DNA from: a virus
Lineage: Duplodnaviria > Heunggongvirae > Uroviricota > Caudoviricetes
IMG/VR virus record: IMGVR_UViG_3300035698_025354
Length of the DNA: 64,000 nt
Reading direction: 5' to 3' (one strand)
The translations under genes and the position numbers were made by a program. Numbering within the stretch: position 1 is the stretch's first letter; every line of letters starts with the position of its first letter. The notes below the pieces were generated by a model. The model did not search any database. It saw only the letters and a list, made by a program, of their open reading frames with translations, and was not told the DNA's origin. Below, one piece after another: positions 37,858 through 47,213 of the stretch.

Positions 37858-38413
37858 TATTAAGTTACAACTGCAAGAAATGGAACGCGATCAAAAAAAG
37901 AAAATTAATGGTGTTAATGTTGAGTTTGGTTTTGATGGCTTTGAAATTGGTGGGTATGCATTTAACTTAGATGATGCTGTTGAAAAAATTAAGAAAGATG
38001 GAAAACAAAAGAAGGGCTCTGTTTATAATAGAATCGCATTTACTTTATCTAAGCCAGCCTCTGGTTGTCCTGGGGTTGTTGTTTCAACGCACATTGTTAA
38101 AAACAAGGAAGAACATGCAAAATTAATTGATGATGCCATAGCTCGTGGGCTGTACTTATGGCATGGAAATGTGGAAGAGTGGGATGGAAGATATTATATT
38201 AAGCACCCTTTATTTGTCAATTGGTCTACTGTTGATAAATTTGAAGAATCGAAAGCTAATAAAGCAGTTAAGACAAAAGAAATAACACAAAAAAGAGGTG
38301 AATTTGATTGCCCGTATTGCAATAAAAAGTTAAATAGTTCATCTGGCAGAACTTTACATGTTAAATCGTCACATTCCGATAGGCTTGAAGAATATTCGAG
38401 GACACAGTTTTGA
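37850..38413 (+). CDS. Protein with a C-terminal C2H2 zinc finger
   Basis: FDCPYCNKKLNSSSGRTLHVKSSH; likely ATG at 37850. Confidence 0.75.
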   Translation: MDDIKLQLQEMERDQKKKINGVNVEFGFDGFEIGGYAFNLDDAVEKIKKDGKQKKGSVYNRIAFTLSKPASGCPGVVVSTHIVKNKEEHAKLIDDAIARGLYLWHGNVEEWDGRYYIKHPLFVNWSTVDKFEESKANKAVKTKEITQKRGEFDCPYCNKKLNSSSGRTLHVKSSHSDRLEEYSRTQF

Positions 38414-41187
38414 CTGATATAGTAGGAAAATCTTGGGCTGATATAAAAATTATTGCTTTGGAAAAAGCAAATGACTTACCAGATTATAAAAAGAGACTTC
38501 TATTTGAATTTAAAGAAATAGAAAAGCAAGGGGCCATGTCTAAATGGGAAGAATTTTATAATGAAAAAAAGAAATTTGATTCTAACCCAAATAATTTAGT
38601 TTTACCATGGGTCTTGAATTTATTAGTTGATTGTGATGACCCAATGGCTGGTAGATCAGACAAGATTCTTAATACGGTTAGAGCGTCAAAGGTTTATGAA
38701 TATATTAAAAAACATGACCATGCCCCGTCTGACTTTGTAAAAGACCCCGATATGCCTGATATCGATCTTGATTGCTTGCCTAAGGCTAGAGATCCTATCA
38801 AGGAATATGCTATGAAACAATATGGCAAGGATATTAATGATGGGTATGGCCCCGTTTGTTCTGTCGGAACTTGGCAGACATATAAACTTCGATCGGCTAT
38901 TATCGACACTATTTCTGCTATGGGGTTTGAAAAATCAGCTGCTTGGGAAGTGACTACAAAACTCCCGGATGAAGTTGATGATTTAAAAGATGGAGGGAAA
39001 GCACTGTGTAAGGGACGCATTATTCAAAATGGTGAAGAATCAGAATGCGGTCACAGGCACCCGAATGTTAAATGTCCAAAGTGTGGCTCTACTGACACCG
39101 ATGGCCCAACTATCGCAAAATTGTTTGCCGAGCATGAAATGTTAGCCAATTTTGCGATAGAATATCCAGATGTGATTACATGTGCTGTTAGGATTGTTGG
39201 TAGAATTAGAAATATGGGCATGCATGCTGGTGCCTTGATTATTGCCGATCGAAGTTTGTATGGTAATGTTCCGCTGGCAAGATCTAACAATAAGGGGTAT
39301 TGGATCTCTATGTGGTCCGAGGGGCGTAGTCCTCAGCTATCTAAATTTGGGTATATTAAATGGGATATCCTTGGATTAAAAACATTACAATATATTTTTA
39401 ATTGTTGCAAGCTTATTGAGATGAATAGAGGGATATCGTTTGGTGATGAATATTTACAAAAATCCGGCCACTCACAGGATTTGCCGCCAGCAATGACTGG
39501 TTGGGATGATATCGATCCAAGTGAAAATCGTGCTGGCCATTTTTTTGATGAAAATGGTGTAAAACATGATATATCATTGAATGATAAATTTGCGTTGTCT
39601 TTAGCCGATGAGCAAAAGACAGATGGTGTGTTCCAATTTGATACCGATTTGGCTAAATCTATTCTTGCCAATGGTGTAACAAATTTTAATGACTTATTGT
39701 TTTATAATGCCGCTGGTCACCCTGGCCCGATGGCCTCAATTCCTGAGGCTGTTGACAATAGAGATAATGATACTGGGTGGCGTAAAAAACTTAAAAACAT
39801 CCACCCACAATTACTTGAAATTTTAGATGATACTTATGGTATTATTTTGTGGCAAGAACAATTGGCTGCTATTTGGCAGAACCTTGGTGGTTTTACAGCT
39901 CCTGAGGCACAAGATGCCCGTAAAGCTGTTGCTAAAAAATGGGCACATAAGCTTAGAGGGATTGAGGCTAAGTGGATATTAGGTGCTTCTAAAAGCATAG
40001 GTAGCGATAATGCCAAAGATCTTTGGCAAAAAATGGTGTCATTTGGTAGATATGCTTTTAATAGATCGCATGGAATTAGTTATTGTCTAGTTGCATATAG
40101 ATGTCTATGGCTAAAGGCTCATTTTGCTCCTGAATGGTGGGCGGCTGTGATGAGCGATTGTCATCCTGATAAACTTGTTAGATATATGGGTATTGCTAGA
40201 TCTGAAGGATGGAAACCAACAGATATCACTCGTCTTGGTAATTATAATTCTTCTGCTGATGTTAAATCCGTTGTGTTTGATACGTTGAATATGTATAATT
40301 TAACAAGCGATTTTACCGTGACTGGGAATGTTGTTAATCAGGGGATGATTGGCATTAAGGGTATTGGTGAGAGCGTTGCTGAACAGTATGAAGGTCGTAT
40401 TGACTTTACTGACATCGATGACTTTATTGATAAAAAGGGCGGTAAAAAGAAGACTATCCTTGAAAGGTTTATTAAACTTGGTTCATTTAAAAATGTTCCG
40501 GGACATGAAAATTCTAAAGCTTTATGGACTTATTATCAATATAAATATTGTACTGGTAAAGATATTACTAAGTTAAAAAGTGAGCTTAGGGAAATGCTAC
40601 TTGCACGTGAAGGTTGGGATAGTTCTACTATTAATGATGAAATAGACAGACAGATTAAAGAATATAGAAATACTTTTCCGAATAGAAGAAAAATACCTCC
40701 TAAAATAACCAATTGGAAGCCAAAACCGGACGATTCGCGTGAGAAAATAATGTCTTTAATTGTAGATGATTTTACTGCTGAAAATATTCTTGAGTTTGAA
40801 AAAGAATACCTTGGCTATTACCTTCATTCTCCATTAGATATTTATGATATTGAAGGTAATTGTACTATTGAAAATGCTAAAGAAGTGTTTGAAAATGGTG
40901 GATCTCCCAGGATTGAGGCGGTGATTATTGATATTGATTTTGCTCAAACTAGAACTCATAAGGATTATTGTAGGTTAATTGTTAGTGATGGTGTTCAAAC
41001 TGCTTTGGTTCTTATTTGGGAAAATGAACTCAGAATTCAACGCGAAGAAAATTTGGTCCCAGGGTCTGGTGTTCAGATCCCTGTTGATTATGATAAATCT
41101 AGAAACTCATTTGTACTGCATCGCGGTGATATGATTTTAAAATTGTTACGTAAGGGTTGGGATAAAAAGCAATGCCTAAAAGATTGA
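38410..41187 (+). CDS. dnaE: DNA polymerase III alpha, C-terminal catalytic part (palm, thumb, fingers, HhH, OB)
   Basis: MPDIDLD, HAGALII, KWDILGLKTL, GVFQF, WQEQL, YAFNRSH, WLKAHFA.EW.AA, IKGIG; TTG start overlaps the upstream stop. Confidence 0.93.
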   Translation: MTDIVGKSWADIKIIALEKANDLPDYKKRLLFEFKEIEKQGAMSKWEEFYNEKKKFDSNPNNLVLPWVLNLLVDCDDPMAGRSDKILNTVRASKVYEYIKKHDHAPSDFVKDPDMPDIDLDCLPKARDPIKEYAMKQYGKDINDGYGPVCSVGTWQTYKLRSAIIDTISAMGFEKSAAWEVTTKLPDEVDDLKDGGKALCKGRIIQNGEESECGHRHPNVKCPKCGSTDTDGPTIAKLFAEHEMLANFAIEYPDVITCAVRIVGRIRNMGMHAGALIIADRSLYGNVPLARSNNKGYWISMWSEGRSPQLSKFGYIKWDILGLKTLQYIFNCCKLIEMNRGISFGDEYLQKSGHSQDLPPAMTGWDDIDPSENRAGHFFDENGVKHDISLNDKFALSLADEQKTDGVFQFDTDLAKSILANGVTNFNDLLFYNAAGHPGPMASIPEAVDNRDNDTGWRKKLKNIHPQLLEILDDTYGIILWQEQLAAIWQNLGGFTAPEAQDARKAVAKKWAHKLRGIEAKWILGASKSIGSDNAKDLWQKMVSFGRYAFNRSHGISYCLVAYRCLWLKAHFAPEWWAAVMSDCHPDKLVRYMGIARSEGWKPTDITRLGNYNSSADVKSVVFDTLNMYNLTSDFTVTGNVVNQGMIGIKGIGESVAEQYEGRIDFTDIDDFIDKKGGKKKTILERFIKLGSFKNVPGHENSKALWTYYQYKYCTGKDITKLKSELREMLLAREGWDSSTINDEIDRQIKEYRNTFPNRRKIPPKITNWKPKPDDSREKIMSLIVDDFTAENILEFEKEYLGYYLHSPLDIYDIEGNCTIENAKEVFENGGSPRIEAVIIDIDFAQTRTHKDYCRLIVSDGVQTALVLIWENELRIQREENLVPGSGVQIPVDYDKSRNSFVLHRGDMILKLLRKGWDKKQCLKD

Positions 41188-41348
41188 CTCAATTTTTATA
41201 TTATTTGATGCAAAATGAACTTCCAGTTGGTGCGGTTTGCAAAATTATATCAGAATTATCTGATGATGTAGATTATCCAGATGATGATTTGAAAAATATC
41301 GCTAAAAATTATGCTGATATGATATTAGATGAGTCTGGTGAAGGTTAA
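41172..41348 (+). CDS. 58-aa acidic microprotein
   Basis: Hand-translated as MPKRLTQFLYYLMQNELPVG...ESGEG*; fills the gap between dnaE and the next gene. Confidence 0.6.
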   Translation: MPKRLTQFLYYLMQNELPVGAVCKIISELSDDVDYPDDDLKNIAKNYADMILDESGEG

Positions 41349-41350
41349 GA

Positions 41351-41908
41351 ATGCAAACGAACGATAAAACTGGAATTGGTTGTGATTATTGTGGCACAAC
41401 ATATAACATTGATTTTGAATATTATTCGTTTGACTTTTTTTCCTATAACTCTGTGGATGGTAGGAAACCTTCTATAGAGCAAATAATAAAATCACAAGCC
41501 ATATTCTCTTTAGATATATGTACTAGTTGTTTTGATAAAATTGGTAAAGTCGTTATTGGTAATTATAGTAAAAATATGTCTAAGCATAGGAGGATGAATG
41601 TTCCTGCGTTTTGTGACTGGACTGGGGCTCAAATGTCTGGTACATTTGATGCTTATTATTGTGCTGTGACGAAAGTAAAAGTGTCTCTTTCTAAACAGCC
41701 TAATATTTGTGTGAAATGTGAGGCTAAGACATTTGATGATGATAAGCAATGCTCAAAATGCAGTGGGACTGATTTTACTAAGATAGCTGATATTACAACG
41801 GCTAGTAGGTATTTAGAAATTAATTTATGCTCGGCAGCATATGATCATTTTGTAGATAAGGCTAAAACAATCCGTGTAGTTGCTAGTGAGTGGGCAACGA
41901 GATCTTAA
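41351..41908 (+). CDS. Cys-rich multi-zinc-finger protein
   Basis: CDYC, CTSC, CDW, CVKC, CSKC and further Cys. Confidence 0.8.
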   Translation: MQTNDKTGIGCDYCGTTYNIDFEYYSFDFFSYNSVDGRKPSIEQIIKSQAIFSLDICTSCFDKIGKVVIGNYSKNMSKHRRMNVPAFCDWTGAQMSGTFDAYYCAVTKVKVSLSKQPNICVKCEAKTFDDDKQCSKCSGTDFTKIADITTASRYLEINLCSAAYDHFVDKAKTIRVVASEWATRS

Positions 41909-41929
41909 AAATTTTTGAGAAAGTAGAAC

Positions 41930-42874
41930 ATGTATAATCCGTATGATTTAGTTTCAATGACAATCAATGGACAGGAAATTTTTGGTAGGCCAATTGCCTT
42001 TGATTCTGATGTTGTCAACAACGATGATATGACAAATGCCGCTGGTAATTATGTTGTTCCGACTAGATTATCTTCTTGTTGCCAGGATTGTGGACAAGGG
42101 ATTGAAGTTGATGTCTATTTTGAACAACCTCCATTTGATGTTGTTGTATGTGAATGTGAAAATTGCCATCCAGAACCAAGTGATATTATAGACCCGTTTA
42201 TGAACCCAATATCTGAAGAAAGAATTGGCGAACATGAATTAGATCCTCATATGCAAGACCCTAATGCTGAAATAGATGAGACTGAATCGTCTGTTGCGGA
42301 CAGGATGGGTATACCAGATGAAGTCTTCGGTGATGCTGGTGTTGCTGATACATCTGATGTTGTTGACGATACTGATGTTGCTGATACATCTGATGATACT
42401 GATGATGTTGCTGATACTGATGATGTTGCTGATACTGATGATGTTGCTGATACATCTGATGTTGTTGACGATACTGATGTTGCTGATGATGTTGCTGATA
42501 CATCTGATGATGCTGATGATACATCTGATGATGCTGATGATACATCTGATGATACATCTGATGATACTGATGATACTGACGACACATCTGATGATGCTGA
42601 CGATACATCTGATGATACTGATGATACTGACGATACTGACGACACATCTGATGATGCTGACGATACATCTGATGATACTGATGATACTGACGACACATCT
42701 GATGATGCTGACGATACATCTGATGATACTGATGATACTGACGACACATCTGATGATGCTGACGATACATCTGATGATGCTGACGATACATCTGAAAAAG
42801 ACGAAGTGGTCAAACAATTGCAAGAAAAAGAATCAGATCTTTCTAAATTATTAGAGGAGCTTGACGAAGAATAA
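41930..42874 (+). CDS. Zn-binding N-terminus plus extremely Asp-rich repeat protein
   Basis: CCQDC and CECENCH, followed by ~150 aa of DDTS/DDAD/DDTD repeats; + frame continuous with the operon. Confidence 0.85.
   Translation: MYNPYDLVSMTINGQEIFGRPIAFDSDVVNNDDMTNAAGNYVVPTRLSSCCQDCGQGIEVDVYFEQPPFDVVVCECENCHPEPSDIIDPFMNPISEERIGEHELDPHMQDPNAEIDETESSVADRMGIPDEVFGDAGVADTSDVVDDTDVADTSDDTDDVADTDDVADTDDVADTSDVVDDTDVADDVADTSDDADDTSDDADDTSDDTSDDTDDTDDTSDDADDTSDDTDDTDDTDDTSDDADDTSDDTDDTDDTSDDADDTSDDTDDTDDTSDDADDTSDDADDTSEKDEVVKQLQEKESDLSKLLEELDEE
42341..42793 (+). repeat. Imperfect tandem array of 9-12-bp units (GATACATCTGAT, GATGCTGAC, GATACTGAT)
   Basis: Read directly; higher-order blocks such as GACACATCTGATGATGCTGACGATACATCTGATGAT recur. 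Confidence 0.95.
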
Positions 42875-43827
42875 TGAATGTTATCTTCGGTTCTGGCGTG
42901 ATTGGTCTGTTGGCCAAACACATATTAGGTTCAGATTGGAAAGTTATACCATTCGCACGTAGTAGGTTTTTTACATGGAACCCGGCGTTAGATGATAATT
43001 TTATAACTTCCCATGATGAGCTTGATCCATTTATAAAAGAAATAACGAACGCTATAGGCCCACCAGAAAAATTCCAGTATAAATGTTCTTGGTCTGTTGG
43101 TGGAGAGATACTACATAAATTTGATGAATCTATTTGTGATGATTGGTTGAACAAGATTTTTAGCAATAATCCTCCTGGTCAAGCAAGGATTTTTATGAAA
43201 GATCGTATGGATATGTCCGTCTATGGTGTTAGAACCAATGCATTATATTTGAGGTTAGTTAATCAATATATCAAAGAATTAAAAGAGGAATCAGAGAAAG
43301 GTGCAGTGACTGAAATTGGCTCGCACTATTTTGTAAGAAATGGGAAAAGGGAAGACTTTGATAATAGTATTAGCACGATACCTTTGAATATCCTTTATGA
43401 TTTGATGAACATCAAGCATGACTTATCATTTAAACCAATTAATTATGTTCATGTTAATACGTCTGATCTTAATTTTGAGGGTGCAAATCAATTGCTTGTT
43501 TCTGATGGCATAATAGATTTTTTTAAAGCGACAAATATCGCTAAAGATAGATATTTATTATATTTTAATAGAGATGTAGTTGATTATGGTGTATACTTAA
43601 TGAATTTTATACAAAAATTTGATATTCTTGATGGCACTGCTATAGCCGACGCAATTCCCATTGGTCAAACTCCAAAATTAAATGATATGGAAGATTCTGA
43701 TGGGATATTTTGTGTTGGATCTTATGCACAATGGGATTGGTGCTCTGATGTTGGTTCTTGTATTCTTAGATTATTGAGATATTATAATAGAGGATTTAAA
43801 CAAAAGCAACAGAAGAACTTAATATGA
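42874..43827 (+). CDS. FAD-dependent oxidoreductase (HemY / UDP-galactopyranose mutase / amine oxidase-like)
   Basis: VIFGSGVIGL Rossmann motif, DFDNSISTIPL, IFCVGSYAQW. Confidence 0.7.
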   Translation: MNVIFGSGVIGLLAKHILGSDWKVIPFARSRFFTWNPALDDNFITSHDELDPFIKEITNAIGPPEKFQYKCSWSVGGEILHKFDESICDDWLNKIFSNNPPGQARIFMKDRMDMSVYGVRTNALYLRLVNQYIKELKEESEKGAVTEIGSHYFVRNGKREDFDNSISTIPLNILYDLMNIKHDLSFKPINYVHVNTSDLNFEGANQLLVSDGIIDFFKATNIAKDRYLLYFNRDVVDYGVYLMNFIQKFDILDGTAIADAIPIGQTPKLNDMEDSDGIFCVGSYAQWDWCSDVGSCILRLLRYYNRGFKQKQQKNLI

Positions 43828-44489
43828 GCCAAGAAGAATTTGATGATTGGTACAATGTTAAAAATAAAAGTTTAAAAACAATTACTCCAAAGTATATTAG
43901 TATTATGAGTGGTCAAGATGAGACGCCGTATCAACGAAAACTTCGTATGATCGAGCAATTATCATTATCTTGCATATCATGTTCAATGTGTGATTTAGGA
44001 ACAAAACCGGCTATAAATGGTAAAGAACATAGGGACCCACATGTTCTTAGTAATTGTAATCCTAAAGAATTTATGATTGTTGGTCAAAACCCCGGATGGC
44101 CAGAAATCAAAAAAAGATCAATGATCGCTGATCAAAAGATTTTTGATGATACATTGAATGAATATTCTCTGTCTAGAGAAGATTTTTATATTTGCAATAT
44201 TGTTAGGTGTTTTAGCAATGAAAGCATAACGATAGATCAAAAGAAAAAGTGTGAACCATTTCTTAGGATGGAATTAAATTTAATAAAGCCTTTTTTAGTT
44301 ATAACAATCGGGGAAAATGTGCATTCACAATTTTGCCCTGGCGTTAACTTTGAAGAATCTCTTCTGTCTATAACTAAAAGCAGTAGGTATGGTGTAAAGG
44401 TATTCGCAATAGATGATGTCTCTAATAAAGTTCATGTGAAAAAAATGTGTAAATTAGTGAATGCTGCTAAAAACAAAAAAGGCTTATGA
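43824..44489 (+). CDS. Uracil-DNA glycosylase family 4-like protein (Fe-S Cys kept, HP motif missing)
   Basis: CISCSMCDL, FMIVGQNPG, FYICNIVRC, C.PFL..EL.LIKP...ITIG. Confidence 0.8.
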   Translation: MSQEEFDDWYNVKNKSLKTITPKYISIMSGQDETPYQRKLRMIEQLSLSCISCSMCDLGTKPAINGKEHRDPHVLSNCNPKEFMIVGQNPGWPEIKKRSMIADQKIFDDTLNEYSLSREDFYICNIVRCFSNESITIDQKKKCEPFLRMELNLIKPFLVITIGENVHSQFCPGVNFEESLLSITKSSRYGVKVFAIDDVSNKVHVKKMCKLVNAAKNKKGL

Positions 44490-44894
44490 TGTTTCATTTA
44501 CTGGTATAAAAATATATCTTGGAATTTTGTTTTTGGTTTTTCTTTTTATAGCATACGGATTACCGTTGTTTTTTAATATTGTCTTCATTCTAGTTGTAAA
44601 TGCTGACGCATTGGTCACTGTTGGTTGCACAATATTTAATATCTCTTGTGTTGGAACCCCATCATCAATATTTTCTAATAACTTATCGTATGCTTGTTGC
44701 ATGACATTACTTAGAGCTTCGTCTTCTGTTTTCTTTTTTTCTTCTCTGTCGATTCTTACTTTTTCTACTGATTTTCTTTCTTCGATAGCCGCTTCTAATT
44801 GTTTTTTTGAGTCGCCATGTAATTCTGCTACGTCTTCAGAAATAATTTTATCTATTTCTCCAAGGTCTACGTCAATAATTATCACTTTTGTCAT
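44484..44894 (-). CDS. Hypothetical protein (coiled coil plus possible HTH)
   Basis: 136-aa ORF, divergent from 44990. Confidence 0.7.
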   Translation of the reverse strand: MTKVIIIDVDLGEIDKIISEDVAELHGDSKKQLEAAIEERKSVEKVRIDREEKKKTEDEALSNVMQQAYDKLLENIDDGVPTQEILNIVQPTVTNASAFTTRMKTILKNNGNPYAIKRKTKNKIPRYIFIPVNETS

Positions 44895-44989
44895 TTTATG
44901 CTTTCTAATTATTTTAATAAAATTTTAAAGTATGACTTTGAGTAACTAATACATGGGGTGTTATATTTACTAATAATAGGAATATTAAA

Positions 44990-45781
44990 ATGGCGAAATG
45001 CGTTTTTTGTGACAACCACACAGATCTTAACACACAATTTACTATTACTGTTGAAAATGAGAAAATAACAGTTGATATTTGTGATGAGCATGCTGAAGAT
45101 GCAACTGTTAAAAGTGCTAAAGAGGCATACCTCTCTACACAAGATAAAATTAAAGAACTATTAGCACAGGCTAAAAAATTTGGGCTTACTCTATCTAATG
45201 AATCTGGATCATCTGGGATTGCTATTTTTCAATCTGATCAACCAGCCCCAGCCCCAGCCCCAGCCCCAGCCCCAGCCCAGCCAGCTCAGGCACAATTGCT
45301 GCCTCAAAATATTCAGGAACAAAAAGAGAAACCTGATAATATAATTTCAACAGAAGATTTGGACAGGCAATCTCAAAATTCTCCGTCTGCAAATATTATA
45401 GATTCGCATGGTGTTGGTGGTGGTGGTAATAGTTATAATCGCGGTCAATTTTCTGATAAATTATCTTCGGATGTTTTAAAAGGTGATGCCGAAATGACTG
45501 TTTGTGAAGGCAGAGAAGGTTTACCAATGATCATACCAGCTGTTCGCAGGGATGGTACTGGCACTACTAGGATAAATATTGCTAATACCGAGAATGATAA
45601 TGCCCTGCAAGATAGATTTAAAAAAATGGCTCAGGATTCGATGAATGATAATGTTCCGAATTATGCCAGATCAGGATACAAAAACACTACTAGGAATTGC
45701 CCGATATGTAAAGGTGATGGGTCTGTTAGGGGTAGTGAATGTCCTAAATGTAAAGGGCAAGGTATAATTTCCGTATATTAA
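44990..45781 (+). CDS. Protein with N-terminal Zn site, (PA)n linker and C-terminal DnaJ-type CxxCxGxG finger
   Basis: CVFC..ICDEH; CCAGCC x6 at 45242-45277; CPICKGDG...CPKCKGQG. Confidence 0.8.
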   Translation: MAKCVFCDNHTDLNTQFTITVENEKITVDICDEHAEDATVKSAKEAYLSTQDKIKELLAQAKKFGLTLSNESGSSGIAIFQSDQPAPAPAPAPAPAQPAQAQLLPQNIQEQKEKPDNIISTEDLDRQSQNSPSANIIDSHGVGGGGNSYNRGQFSDKLSSDVLKGDAEMTVCEGREGLPMIIPAVRRDGTGTTRINIANTENDNALQDRFKKMAQDSMNDNVPNYARSGYKNTTRNCPICKGDGSVRGSECPKCKGQGIISVY

Positions 45782-46029
45782 AGACGTATTGCACCATGTC
45801 GCTTTTCTAATCCAAGAAATGCTCTGTGTCTTGGATTATGTGGAATTCCGGATGGTGAGCTTGTGGACCCAACCTCTCTTGATCCAAAGTCATGCCCGCT
45901 CATTGTGTTATATAGATGGTTATATGATGAGGCGGATGAGCTTAGCAGACCTTGCGATAATTGTTCAGACAAATTTTGGTTAATTTGTTTTAATTTCATA
46001 AAATTCTCCGTTTTTATGTTTACATCCAA
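45778..46029 (-). CDS. Hypothetical protein
   Basis: 83-aa ORF filling the gap, convergent with the upstream gene. Confidence 0.5.
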   Translation of the reverse strand: MDVNIKTENFMKLKQINQNLSEQLSQGLLSSSASSYNHLYNTMSGHDFGSREVGSTSSPSGIPHNPRHRAFLGLEKRHGAIRL

Positions 46030-46074
46030 CGTATTTTTATTGTTGATGTACCTTTTAGTCGTTGGAGAATTATT

Positions 46075-46656
46075 TTGGGAAAAAATCTTCTTGCTTGGTC
46101 TGGTGGTTGTGACTCGACTGCATTGTTGATTAATTATTTAAATGATAATAAACAAATTAGAACATTTTCTGTGAGTCATCCACAGATTAGTGCTACACCA
46201 TATGAGCATATTGCGAGGAAAAAATTAAAAAAGATGCTGGAAAAAATATCTGGTAATAAATTTGAACATACCAATGTTAAAATATCTGGGGGAGAAATTA
46301 TTAATATTGGTTGTGGTGGTCTTCCTCAGGTTGGTGCTTGGCTTGCACATGGTATTAATAATTTGCGAGTTGATGAGGATTTAATATGTGGTTATATTAG
46401 AACTGATGATGTATGGCATTATAAATCATCTGTTATTGATGCATTTGAATCGCATAAAAAAGTAGTTGGGAAACAAGATTGTTCTATTTGTTTCCCATTT
46501 GAATGGGTGGATAAGCGCGAAGTTATTGATACACTTTGTAAATTTGGTTTATTAAATCATACTTGGTATTGTGAATATCCGACAAAGAATCATAAAAGAT
46601 GCGGGAAATGTCGAAAATGTGCAGAAATTAGAATGTTAGTCGCTGGGTGTTCTTGA
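46075..46656 (+). CDS. queC: QueC-like PP-loop ATPase (7-cyano-7-deazaguanine synthase family)
   Basis: LLAWSGGCDST, FPFEWVDKREVI, TWYC......RCGKCRKC. Confidence 0.75.
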   Translation: MGKNLLAWSGGCDSTALLINYLNDNKQIRTFSVSHPQISATPYEHIARKKLKKMLEKISGNKFEHTNVKISGGEIINIGCGGLPQVGAWLAHGINNLRVDEDLICGYIRTDDVWHYKSSVIDAFESHKKVVGKQDCSICFPFEWVDKREVIDTLCKFGLLNHTWYCEYPTKNHKRCGKCRKCAEIRMLVAGCS

Positions 46657-47175
46657 AGGGCTAGCATCTCCGTCTTCCCAATCAATGTTTGATTCCATTG
46701 ACCAACCGTCAACCTCTTCGATATTAAAATCTGATGCTTGGTCTGGTTGACACATTTCTTTAATTTCATCTAAACGTGGTGAAAATCCGGCATCTTTTTC
46801 TGCCCAAGATTCTTGATCTTCTTTTAATTCTTCGATGATATTTGGCACAAATCCTGCTGCCTTCATTCTTTCTTCTGATGGTATTCCTTGAGCAACCATC
46901 TCTTTTTCCATAGCAGTTTTGAATGATGGGTCATCAAGGTACTTGTACCCGTGCACCTTGCTAAATGCCTGATTTACACCGTCTGAGTGTAATAGTTCAG
47001 CTGCTTTAACTGCGAACATTTGATTAATTTGCTCATGTAAATATTCGTAGCCGCGTTCTGAAAATCCAGAATTTTCTAGGGTTTCATCATGTATAGATAA
47101 CCCTAATTTTGGATCTTGTTGAAGCATTGTGTCTAATGCCTCAACAAACAATTTTTCAATATTGGTTAATGCCAT
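46636..47175 (-). CDS. Hypothetical acidic protein
   Basis: 179-aa ORF after an AGGAG RBS. Confidence 0.8.
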   Translation of the reverse strand: MALTNIEKLFVEALDTMLQQDPKLGLSIHDETLENSGFSERGYEYLHEQINQMFAVKAAELLHSDGVNQAFSKVHGYKYLDDPSFKTAMEKEMVAQGIPSEERMKAAGFVPNIIEELKEDQESWAEKDAGFSPRLDEIKEMCQPDQASDFNIEEVDGWSMESNIDWEDGDASPSRTPSD

Positions 47176-47213
47176 AATTTCTCCTTAATATTTCTAATAA
47201 TAGTTTTGAATGA

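Noticed and set aside
36900-38700. Split intein or group I/II intron joining the dnaE halves
   Set aside because: No intein N- or C-terminal motifs at either end; the intervening DNA is fully occupied by ORFs with no homing endonuclease or maturase signature.
42239-42921. Alternative-frame ORFs (IIRC, SSDV, HQMY and LMML repeats)
   Set aside because: They are by-products of the stop-free tandem repeat; only the Asp-rich + frame has a unique N-terminus and operon context.
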